Below, piece after piece: positions 54,001-64,000 of a DNA stretch of 64,000 nt; position 1 is the stretch's first letter; each line of letters starts with the position of its first letter. The notes beneath the pieces were generated by a model that was given only the letters and a program-made list of their open reading frames with translations, searched no databases and had not been told where the DNA came from. The position numbers were made by a program, and so were the translations under genes. The stretch lies in assembly GCA_964016885.1 (NCBI GenBank), contig OZ024760.1:5022001-5086000 (forward strand). The letters run 5' to 3'. Source of the DNA: Eledone cirrhosa (Eukaryota).

Positions 54001-54489
54001 GCCCAAAAAACTTTGCAGCACCGTCTATATTTAGACTATGTTAACTGCACCTTTTTTTTGCCTCTGTGTTTCTGCTTTTCCTTTGCCTTGTTTTTTTTTA
54101 TGCATGCATGTCGTTTTTTTTTTAACATTTTTCAAATCCTTATTCTGGATTCAATTTTTGCTAGAGCGGCTAGCTCCCCCTTGTTGCATTGTTCGCCATC
54201 TTACTCCACATGTGAGTAATGACATCGATTTTCGATAATTTGAAAATCTGGCTCGAGGTACTGTAGTAAGACGCCTCACGCTCCTTGATAGAACAACGCC
54301 GGTTGAGAACGCCAGAGAAAGAAAAGACAGACAGCCACTGGAAAGCCGACGGATCACACGCCAGATACCAGCCTCTGTACAACACCATTGTTTGTGCTAC
54401 AACAAAAAATAAACGTATATTTCATCTCTAATTTCTGCTGTTATTATGTCACTTGCATCTCGATAACATCTACAACTAATACTGCTAAA
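51062..54489 (+). mobile_element. Ty3/Gypsy LTR retrotransposon, internally deleted (no gag or protease)
   Basis: LTRs 51062-51287 and 54262-54489 are nearly identical; TSD aata (or aaata); tRNA-Trp-like PBS tggtgaccgacgt at 51289. Confidence 0.93.
51662..53878 (+). CDS. pol: Gypsy pol remnant: partial RT, RNase H, integrase
   Basis: [71 protein letters not shown]. The frame continues past the TGA to TTTRSGRRVHWPKKL and a TAG at 54034. Confidence 0.93.
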   Translation: MIFSKLDLIRAYHQIPVHKSDIPKTVIVTPFGSFEFLTMPFGLRNAASTFQRFMDEVTRGLDFVYTYIDDLLIASSSPEQHTHHLNLLFRRLKAYNVQLNAPKCVFGAESLTFLGHVIDADGIRPRPERVKVIEDLPPPTSLRQLRQFLGLVNFYRRFVPNCAKLLFSLTEILKNCRRKNKDISLTDTQLADFRHAKTVLANASLLTHPVPGARLTLCVDASDIAVGAVLQQNINGYQQPLEFFSKKLNPAESRYSTFGRELLAIYLAVKHFSHVLEGRHFTILTDHKPLTFALRAKADKYSPRETRHLDFISQYTSDIQNIPGSLNTAADALSRLPVTAISSSSDIDLTRLAADQPPLESLDVTSPEFVNCEMKYLPLSTAVGQILCDVSLDVPRPFVPENHRRTVFLGLHCISHLGSSATTKLISARFFWPNMRREIAAWCRSCVAYQRSKVHRHVKAPLGTFANPDARFSHIHIDIVGPWPVSDGFSYLLTVIDRFSRWPEAIPLKNITAETTARALVSGWISRYGVPSTITTDRGRQFESSLFLELSKIIGAKRIRTTAYHPASNGMVERFHRQLKASLMASMDSAHWSEYLPIVLLGIRSTVKVDFGFSPAEVLYGAPLTLPGQMLAPIDLDAQDHASYVSRLRSYFQDLPPMDTRKQSVKTAVPRDIASWTHVFVRNDTVKPPLTQPYTGPYRVLARSAKHFTLDIKGSRVTVTLDRLKQAHLDTDAVVPDP

Positions 54490-54581
54490 AATATATACGT
54501 TATTCCGGGTTGAATCGGAGGTAACCACAGTAAGTAAGGTACTCAATACATTGCAGAGTATAAAAGTTTTAATATAGATGA

Positions 54582-54630
54582 GATTCTACAGGACTAGAAC
54601 TGTTTCATTCTTTAGAAATCATCAGGAATC
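54582..54630 (-). ncRNA. Hammerhead ribozyme motif (same family as 15420-15468)
   Basis: gattc CTGATGA tttctaaagaat GAAA cag-ttctagtc-ctg TA gaatc. Confidence 0.7.
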
Positions 54631-55109
54631 TGGGTATCAAAAAATAAGTATGGTATTTATAGGTCTCTTCAGGTGGTAGGAGAGGGTAGGGAGTGGGATG
54701 GGTGTAGGTTATTGGTTGATAGAAAAGGGAATTCATTAAAAGCTAATTCTTCAAAGCTATAGTTTATTTTTAGAGTAACAAAGGCAGAAAGAATTCTATA
54801 AACATATTCAGGATGGGGTGCCACTCCTTATTTTTAAGTTTCTCTTAAGTTAACAGGTGTCTATAAGATCATTGGGGGTCAGTCATGGTTGATGGATTTA
54901 AAGAAAAGGGAGATTCTTTAAAAGCTAAATTCTTTAAAGTTCTACTAAGTGAGAAAGGCCTAGAGAATTCTGTAGACCAATTCAAAATATTGAGTGCATA
55001 TCATACAATTATCTTCAAATTTCTCTTAAACTATTCAATTATATGCCAAAAATCAACAGACATATTCACAAACACACCCACTCACAACTCTCGTGCACCC
55101 AGATACACC

Positions 55110-55224
<115 letters not shown>

Positions 55225-55345
55225 CATCATCATCATGTATGTATATATATATATATATATACATATATATACATACACACACACATATACAGATACATAT
55301 ACATATATATATACACACACACACATATATATACACACATACACA

Positions 55346-55376
<31 letters not shown>

Positions 55377-55431
55377 TCACATATATATATATATATACAT
55401 TTATACATATATACATACACACACATACACC

Positions 55432-55486
<55 letters not shown>

Positions 55487-55487
55487 G

Positions 55488-55529
<42 letters not shown>

Positions 55530-55662
55530 TATACATACACACACACACATATACACAGATACATATACATATATATACACACACACACATATATATACAC
55601 ACATACACATACATACATATATACATATATACATATATATATATATATACACATATATACAC

Positions 55663-55707
<45 letters not shown>

Positions 55708-55708
<1 letters not shown>

Positions 55709-56317
55709 TGGTGGTTGCCAACTCGTTTTCGAGTACGGCCACTACTTTATATCCATGTAGGAGAACCCCTACCGATGCGCTGAACGAGTGTGACTTTTTA
55801 GTCCAGCCAGCGACTTGAAAACTCTGGTACAAACACTACACTTGTGACAATTATTGACACATAGTGCTGGGCCCATGGTACCATGTGACGACAAGTGCAG
55901 AGAGATCTCCAGATATAAAGCAATGCCTGTGCCGTGAAGCTTTTATAGTGAGCAAAGGCACTGCACAAAGCCAGTCCCACTCTCTTAACCAAGATGATAT
56001 TTACCAAAAAGAAGAACAAGTCAACATCATTGGATACCATCAGGGTTGCAGGTGTTATATCAGAGTTTTCCTTCTCCTAGAATTCTGCCTTGACAAAGGC
56101 TAAGGGGTCATCTCTCCCAGTGATTTTAGATGGCCATTGACTCTTAAGAGCTCCTTTGCCCCTTGACAGGTTTTGTTTTTAGTCCTGCAGGATGTCCAAA
56201 GTCACCCTCCTCACCAAGAAACCTTGGTGGGGTTGCCAGTTTAGTCGCCAACGACCCGACCATGGGACAGGTTGTACTGGGATACATGTTACCAGTAGCA
56301 CCAACTGGTGACCTGAC
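55708..56317 (-). mobile_element. ~610-bp non-coding retroposon, probable RTE-derived non-autonomous element (copy A)
   Basis: Near-identical reverse complement of 62574-63183; ends in the ctcg-aaaa-cgag hairpin and runs into microsatellite. Confidence 0.8.
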
Positions 56318-56347
56318 ACATATATACATATATACATACACACACAT

Positions 56348-56407
<60 letters not shown>

Positions 56408-56499
56408 CCATACATACATACATACACCTACATATACACACATACACACACATATATATATATATACATACATACACACATACATGTGCACGCATACAT

Positions 56500-56530
<31 letters not shown>

Positions 56531-56644
56531 CATACACACACATATATACACACATATATATACACATACATATACATACACACATACATACACATATACA
56601 CACACATACACATACACACACATATATACACATACACACATATA

Positions 56645-56678
<34 letters not shown>

Positions 56679-56698
56679 CTACACATACATATACACAC

Positions 56699-56735
<37 letters not shown>

Positions 56736-56822
56736 TATATACACATATATACACACATACACACATATATAAATAAATAAATACACACACAGAGAGAACC
56801 ACACAAACACATACACATATAT

Positions 56823-56856
<34 letters not shown>

Positions 56857-56887
56857 CACCTCCGAACCCAATCCCCGGACTGGGGCC

Positions 56888-57343
56888 TTGTGTAATTGCC
56901 TAAATAAGGAAGCATGCCCACTTGAAAACAAATGCCTCACAAATGATATCGTATACAAATGCGATGTCATCTCAGGCACCGAGGATTGCAATAACAAAAA
57001 AACTTACATCGGCATGACTTCCAATAATTTTAAGACCCGTTGGTATGCTCATACCCACTCCTTCAGAAGACCGGACAAATCAAACCAGACAACACTCGCC
57101 TCCTATGTTTGGGACCTCAAAAGGAACTCCACCCCCTTCACGCTTAAATGGAAAATACTCCAGAAAGCGCGCTCTTACAACGGAGGACACAAGGGCTGCG
57201 ACCTTTGTATCTCAGAGAGCTACGAAATTTTATTCGCCAAGGGCCCGCTACTGAACAAACTCTCTGAACACTGCCCGAACTGCATGCACAAGAACTTTGC
57301 AACTTTCAAATACTTTAAACCAGTGTTAAAGCCCAATGGCTAA
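56888..57343 (+). CDS. Penelope-like GIY-YIG endonuclease domain (5'-truncated element)
   Basis: CNC...CPL...C, IVYKC...YIGMT..FKTRW..H..SF, T.LA.YVW, KWKIL, CDLCISE, LLNK..E...CMH; uninterrupted 151 aa. Confidence 0.9.
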   Translation: MCNCLNKEACPLENKCLTNDIVYKCDVISGTEDCNNKKTYIGMTSNNFKTRWYAHTHSFRRPDKSNQTTLASYVWDLKRNSTPFTLKWKILQKARSYNGGHKGCDLCISESYEILFAKGPLLNKLSEHCPNCMHKNFATFKYFKPVLKPNG

Positions 57344-57637
57344 AAACGACCTCCTCCTTTTAGCCCCTATACCTCCTTCCCACCCTACCCCCACCCCTCC
57401 TCAACCTGAAATACGGCCACTATGGTTATGTGAGTACCTCTTTCCTATCTCCATTTTCTGCCTGTAGAGGTGTTTTTATGTGCCTGTGTATATGCGTATA
57501 TTTATTGAGTACTTATTTATTTGTATGTGTATATATGTATATGTGTGTGTGTGTGCGCGTATATGTGTGTATGTGTTTGTGTGGTTCTCTCTGTGTGTGT
57601 ATTTATTTATTTATATATGTGTGTATGTGTGTATATA

Positions 57638-57680
<43 letters not shown>

Positions 57681-57721
57681 ATGTGTATGTGTGTATATGT
57701 ATGTGTGTATATGTATGTGTA

Positions 57722-57767
<46 letters not shown>

Positions 57768-57820
57768 GTATATATATATGTGTATGTGTATATATGTGTG
57801 TGTATGTGTATGTGTGTGTA

Positions 57821-57905
<85 letters not shown>

Positions 57906-57948
57906 TAAATCATGTACATATATATGTATATGTATATATATGTACATA

Positions 57949-57980
<32 letters not shown>

Positions 57981-57985
<5 letters not shown>

Positions 57986-58345
57986 GGAAAACTCTGATAT
58001 AACACCTGCAACCCTGATGGTATCCAATGATGTTGACTTGTTCTTCTTTTTGGTAAATATCATCTTGGTTAAGAGAGTGGGACTGGCTTTGTGCAGTGCC
58101 TTTGCTCACTATAAAAGCTTCACGGCACAGGCATTGCTTTATATCTGGAGATCTCTCTGCACTTGTCGTCACATGGTACCATGGGCCCAGCACTATGTGT
58201 CAGTAATTGTCACAAGTGTAGTGTTTGTACCAGAGTTTTCAAGTCGCTGGCTGGACTAAAAAGTCACACTCGTTCAGCGCATCGGTAGGGGTTCTCCTAC
58301 ATGGATATAAAGTAGTGGCCGTACTCGAAAACGAGTTGGCAGCCA

Positions 58346-58349
<4 letters not shown>
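57981..58349 (+). mobile_element. 5'-truncated copy B of the 610-bp retroposon
   Basis: Matches the 3' 370 bp; tatcataaatcatgtacata is duplicated on both sides (~57901 and ~58393), consistent with a TSD. Confidence 0.8.
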
Positions 58350-58397
<48 letters not shown>

Positions 58398-58786
58398 TAA
58401 ATCATGTACATACCGTAATTATATCTCCATAATTACGGTATTTACACATTTCTTCTAAGTTTGAATTTACACCTAATTGTGTATGGTTGATGGTATATTT
58501 AGTCAGTTTCTACATGCTGTCTATTGGGGCCACCGCGAAGAGGCCACTTTCGGTTATTTGTCGGAGATTTCTTCATAAGAGCCTTTATTCTTATAGCTTG
58601 GTCTAATTGATTTTTTATAAGGTTAATTATGTTAATTGGGAGAGGAAATGGTATATATTTTATCTAATGATTCTAAGGACATGATTTATGATATATTGCT
58701 CTGATTATTTAATTTATTAATTCTTCATAGAGCCACAAAGTGACCGGTTGCAACATATATATCTATAACTTTATGTATATGTAAAC

Positions 58787-58854
<68 letters not shown>

Positions 58855-58939
58855 ATGTATGTGTGTATGTATATGTATGTGTATATATATATGTGTATAT
58901 GTATGTGTGTGTATATATGTGTGTGTGTATATATATATA

Positions 58940-58979
<40 letters not shown>

Positions 58980-59031
58980 CACATGTATGTGTGTATGTAT
59001 GTATATATATATATATATATGTGTGTGTATA

Positions 59032-62000
59032 GCTGGAGATGGTCATCTTACGGAATTTTGTGGAGAATATACATTCTTCTGGAAAGGAAGAGATGAAGGA
59101 ACCAGAAGAGAGGCTGGGTAGGATTTGCTGTTAAGACTGTACTTGTGAATAAATTAGAAGAATTCCCAGTAGGGATTAGTGAGCGTCTTATGTCCATGAG
59201 AGTTCCGCTGGACAAAGGAAGATATGCTACCCTGGTGAGTGTGTATGCTCCAACTATGAATTCTGTCGATGAAGAAAAACTGTCCTTTTACCATCCCTTG
59301 AAAGGTGTTCTAAGAAATATCCCTCAGGCAGACAAAGTCATCGTGCTTGGTGACTTTAATGCTAGAGTGGGTAGGGATTTTAACACATGGAATGTAATCG
59401 GAAGGCATGGGGTGGGAAAGTGTAACAACAATGGTATGCTCCTGCTGCAGATGTGTGAGGAGCTGGATCTGTGTGTTACCAACACCATGTTCCAACAAAA
59501 GAACAAATTCAAGACCACATGGATGCATCCTGCATCTAAGGAATGGCATCTTTTGGACTACGTCCTAGTCAGGATGCGTGACAGACAGGATGTGCAGTGT
59601 GTTCGTGTTCTTCGTGGAGTTGAGTGCTGGACGGACCACCGCCTGGTACGCGCAAAAGTGAAACTAATCACCAAACGTAAAATCCGGGCTCCTGGTGTTA
59701 CCCTGCCCAAAAGATTGAATGCTGCTCGTCTTACGGATAAAAATGTGAAGAGGACATTGGAAGAAGAGATGCAGGCTGCAGATCTTGGTGAGGATTGGCC
59801 GACCCTTAAAAAGTCGGTTTATGATGTAGGCAGGCGTGTTCTGGGCAGAGAAACATCAGGACTGGTTTAATGAGAATGATGTACATATAGAAGACTTGTT
59901 GGCTGATAAGAGGCGTGCTCTGTCACGCTACTTGACGGCAAAACCACAGGAGAGGAATACGTTGCATGAGGAGCTCAGGGATGTAAAATCACGTGTTAGG
60001 CGGAGTCTTTCTCAGATGAAGGATCAGTGGTGGAGTGAGAAGGCTGGTGAGATACAAACTGCGTCTAATTCCAATAACACAAAGCTGTTGTACAGTCTCT
60101 TGCGTGAGGTTTATGGACCGTCTTCTTCTCTGGTGACACCGCTTAGCAGCACGGCTGGCAAAGAACTTCTTCGTGACTCACAGGGAATTCTACGAAGGTG
60201 GCGTTAGCACTATGATGATCTTTTGAATCAGCCGTCTGTCGTCAGTGAAGATTTCCTCAATCTCATTCCAGAAAGTCCTGTGAAAGTAGCTCTCGCAGAA
60301 CCTCCGACGCTTGTGGAGGTTGCAGTGGCTATTTCGAAGCTGAACAGTGGAAGATCTCCAGGTATGGATGGCATACATGCTGAGCTCCTACAATATGGTG
60401 GTGAGAGACTCCTGCAACATCTGCACTCTTTGTTTGGAAGGATATGGGCTAATGAATCCGTACCTGAGGACTGGAGAGATGCAGTAATGGTGGTCTTGTA
60501 CAAGGGAAAGGGTAACAGGAATGATTGTGGGAACTACAGAGGTATATCATTGCTTTCTGTCGTAGGGAAAGTTTTATGTAGGGTGCTTCTGGACCGTCTG
60601 CTGACACACATTGCAGATTGTGTTCTTCCTGAAAGTCAATCTGGTTTTCGTGCTGGACGCGGCACTACTGATATGATCTTCTCAGCTAGACAGCTCCAGG
60701 AGAAGTGCATTGAACAAGGCTTGGATCTGTATCAAGTTTTTGTCGATCTGACAAAGGCTTTCGATACTGTCAACAGAGAGGCATTATGGAAGGTTCTCCA
60801 GAAACTTGGTTGCCCTGATAAGTTCCTTGCTTTAGTTAGGTCTTTCCATGACGACATGAAGGCTTAGGTTAATGTCGGAGGTAACATGTCGGAGCCTATC
60901 TCAGTAAAAAATGGAGTGAAACAGGGGGATATTCCAGCACCGACCCTGTTTGCCATATACTTTGCAATGGTTTTCTGTATTGCATTCAGGAATTGCGAGC
61001 ATGGTGTTTACATCCGATATCGAACCTCAGGCAGCATATTTAACATCAGGCGCTTTGCTGCGAAGACAAAGGTATTTACATCAATCATAAGAGATCTCTT
61101 ATATGCAGATGATTGCGATCTTGTAGCGCACACAGAGTGATATGCAGCACATTTTGAATGCATTTTCTGACGCTTGCACTGCCCTGGGCTTGACTGTCAG
61201 TCTCAAGAAAACCGTCGTCATGTACCAACCTGCCCCTAGTAAGCAGTACACTAAACCAAACATCTATGTGTATGGCAAACGACTTGGAGTGGTTGATCAG
61301 TTTGTCTACCTGGGAAGAACTGTCAATCGATACGGCAACCTTGACAGTGAAATCTCACTTAGGATTAGGAAAGAAAGTGATGCTTTCGGAAAGCTAGAAA
61401 GGCGACTCTGGGGTCGGCGAGACATATGCAGGAGGACAAAGGTAAAGGTGTACAGGGCATGTGTACTCTCTTGTCTTCTTTATGCCTGCGAGACCTGGGT
61501 CACATATCGACACCACCTTAAGCAATTGGAGCGTTTCCATCAGATGTGTCTCAGACGGATCCATGGCGTTCACTGGAGGGACCACATCAGTGATGTCGAG
61601 ATTTTGGAAAGCTCCATGTGTGACAGTATAGAAGCTCTTGTGTTTAAGCAACGACTCCGTTGGAGTGGTCACCTTGCCAGGATGAAGGATTCTAGAATAC
61701 CAAAACAACTCTTCTATGGAGAGTTGGTTAAAGGAAAACGACCGCCACATAAACCAAAAAAGAGGTATAAGGATTCCTTGAAAGCCTCTCTGAAAGACGC
61801 TAACATCTCTGCTGATACATGGGAAAATATTGCTGCTGATCGTAATAAATGGAGAAAGCTGTATATGAGGGAAAAGTTGCCTTTGAGGCATCTCGAATCG
61901 CACACGAGAAAGTAAAGCGGGATGTGAGGAAGGGCATTGCTGTTGCACTTCCAGACGGCGAGGGTCCTCCTATGGTGCTGACATGCAGCGTCTGTGCGAG

Positions 62001-62280
62001 ACTCTGCCTAAGCAAAGCTGGACTCGAAAGTCATCTTCGCAGTCATAAAGTAAGACCAGTGGTTAACTACCAGGCTGCTGTTGGAGATGCTACTCATCAT
62101 GCTTGCCAAACATGTGGTAGAGAATGTAAATCAGCAGGAGGGCTCAAGCGACATGCAAAAGTACACGAACTCCAACCACAGCCAACTATTCCCAGTGAAT
62201 GTTTTGGTTGCCGACTCTGTGCAAGACATTGTAGATCATTGGCTGGGCTAAAAAGCCACATTCGATCGCAGCACTGTTAG
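59032..62280 (+). pseudogene. RTE-clade LINE: APE endonuclease, RT and three C2H2 zinc fingers, inactivated
   Basis: VYAPT, LGDFNARVG, TWMHP, DYVL, TDHRLV (APE); NYRGISLLS, QSGFR, FVDLTKAFD, GVKQG, LLYADD (RT); stops at 60205, 60865 and 61138; frameshifts near 59120, 59860 and 61865. Confidence 0.93.
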
Positions 62281-62286
62281 TTGTTA

Positions 62287-62374
<88 letters not shown>

Positions 62375-62453
62375 GCTTATGTGCGTGCGTGTGTGTGTAT
62401 ATATATATGAATATGTATATTATTATTGTTGTTGTCGTTATTATTATTATTGC

Positions 62454-62502
<49 letters not shown>

Positions 62503-62573
62503 GTTATTAATGTATGTGTGTGTGTGTATGTGTATGTATGTGTGTATGTATATATGTATGTATGTATATATAT

Positions 62574-63183
62574 GTCAGGTCACCAGTTGGTGCTACTGGT
62601 AACATGTATCCCAGTACAACCTGTCTCATGGTCGGGTCGTTGGCGACTAAACTGGCAACCCCACCAAGGTTTCTTGGTGAGGAGGGTGACTTTGGACATC
62701 CTGCAGGACTAAAAACAAAACCTGTCAAAGGGCAAAGGAGCTCTTAATAGTCAATGGCCATCCAAAATCACCGGGAGAGATGACCCCTTAGCCTTTGTCA
62801 AGGCAGAATTCTAGGAGAAGGAAAACTCTGATATAACACCTGCAACTCTGATGGTATCCAATGATGTTGACTTGTTCTTCTTTTTGGTAAATATCATCTT
62901 GGTTAAGAGAGTGGGACTGGCTTTGTGCAGTGCCTTTGCTCACTATAAAAGCTTCACGGCACAGGCATTGCTTTATATCTGGAGATCTCTCTGCACTTGT
63001 CATCACATGGTACCAAGGGCCCAGCACTATGTGTCAATAATTGTCACAAGTGTAGTGTTTGTACCAGAGTTTTCAAGTCACTGGCTGGACTGAAAAGTCA
63101 CACTTGTTTAGCGCATCGGTAGGCGTTCTCCTACATGGATATAAAGTAGTGGCCGTACTCGAAAACGAGTTGGCAGCCACCAT
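62574..63183 (+). mobile_element. Copy C of the 610-bp retroposon
   Basis: Full-length copy inside the microsatellite tract 3' of the RTE ORF; copy D starts at 63879 and runs off the window. Confidence 0.8.
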
Positions 63184-63301
63184 GTATATATATATATATA
63201 TATATATATTTTTATTTTTTTTTATTTTTTTTATTATTTATTATTATTATTATTATTTTATTTTATTTTATTTTATTTATTTTATTTATTTTTATTTATT
63301 T

Positions 63302-63371
<70 letters not shown>

Positions 63372-63464
63372 TTATTTTATTTTATTTTATTTTATTTTAT
63401 TTTATTTATTTTTTTCTTTTTTTTTTCTTCTCGTGCAATGGCCATACTCGATAACGAGGGGGCA

Positions 63465-63546
<82 letters not shown>

Positions 63547-63758
63547 ATGTGTGTATATGTAGGTGTATGTATGTATGTGTGTATATGTAGGTGTATGTAT
63601 GTATGTATGTATGTGTGTGGGTGTGTGTGTATATATATATATATGTGTGTGTGTGTATGTGTATGTGTGTGTATGTATATATGTATAAATGTATATATAT
63701 ATATATATGTGAATATATATATATATATGTATAAATGTATATATATATATATATGTGA

Positions 63759-63789
<31 letters not shown>

Positions 63790-64000
63790 TGTGTATGTGT
63801 GTATATATGTGTGTGTGTGTGTGTATATATATATGTATATGTATCTGTATATGTGTGTATGTATATATATGTATGTATGTCAGGTCACCAGCTGGTGCTA
63901 CTGGTAACATGTATCCCAGTACAACCTGTCTCATGGTCGGGTCGTTGGCGACTAAACTGGCAGCCCCACCAAGGTTTCTTGGTGAGGAGGGTGACTTTGG

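Overview
AT-rich, microsatellite-dense animal genomic DNA. The repeat landscape suggests a cephalopod such as octopus (inference). The minus strand from ~47.4 kb to 2.2 kb holds 30 traceable exons of a large mosaic serine protease, ~1390-1480 aa visible, with its 5' end not found. Its order is 12 LDLa modules with Ser/Thr/Pro linkers, a Frizzled CRD, 6 LDLa, an SRCR and an S1A protease domain. It is corin-like but has an unusual Phe-IIGG activation site and a non-trypsin S1 pocket. The introns and the 47.4-64 kb region are packed with mobile DNA. This includes tRNA-derived SINEs; piggyBac, hAT, mariner and Merlin MITEs; a Helitron-like element; and a young gag-less Ty3/Gypsy element. It also includes a decayed RTE LINE with three C2H2 fingers plus a probable non-autonomous partner, CR1 and CRE fragments, and many Penelope-like (PLE) remnants. 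The PLE remnants carry at least ten hammerhead ribozyme motifs, and several form palindromes centred on hammerhead helix II. All coordinates were read by eye and may be off by a few bases.
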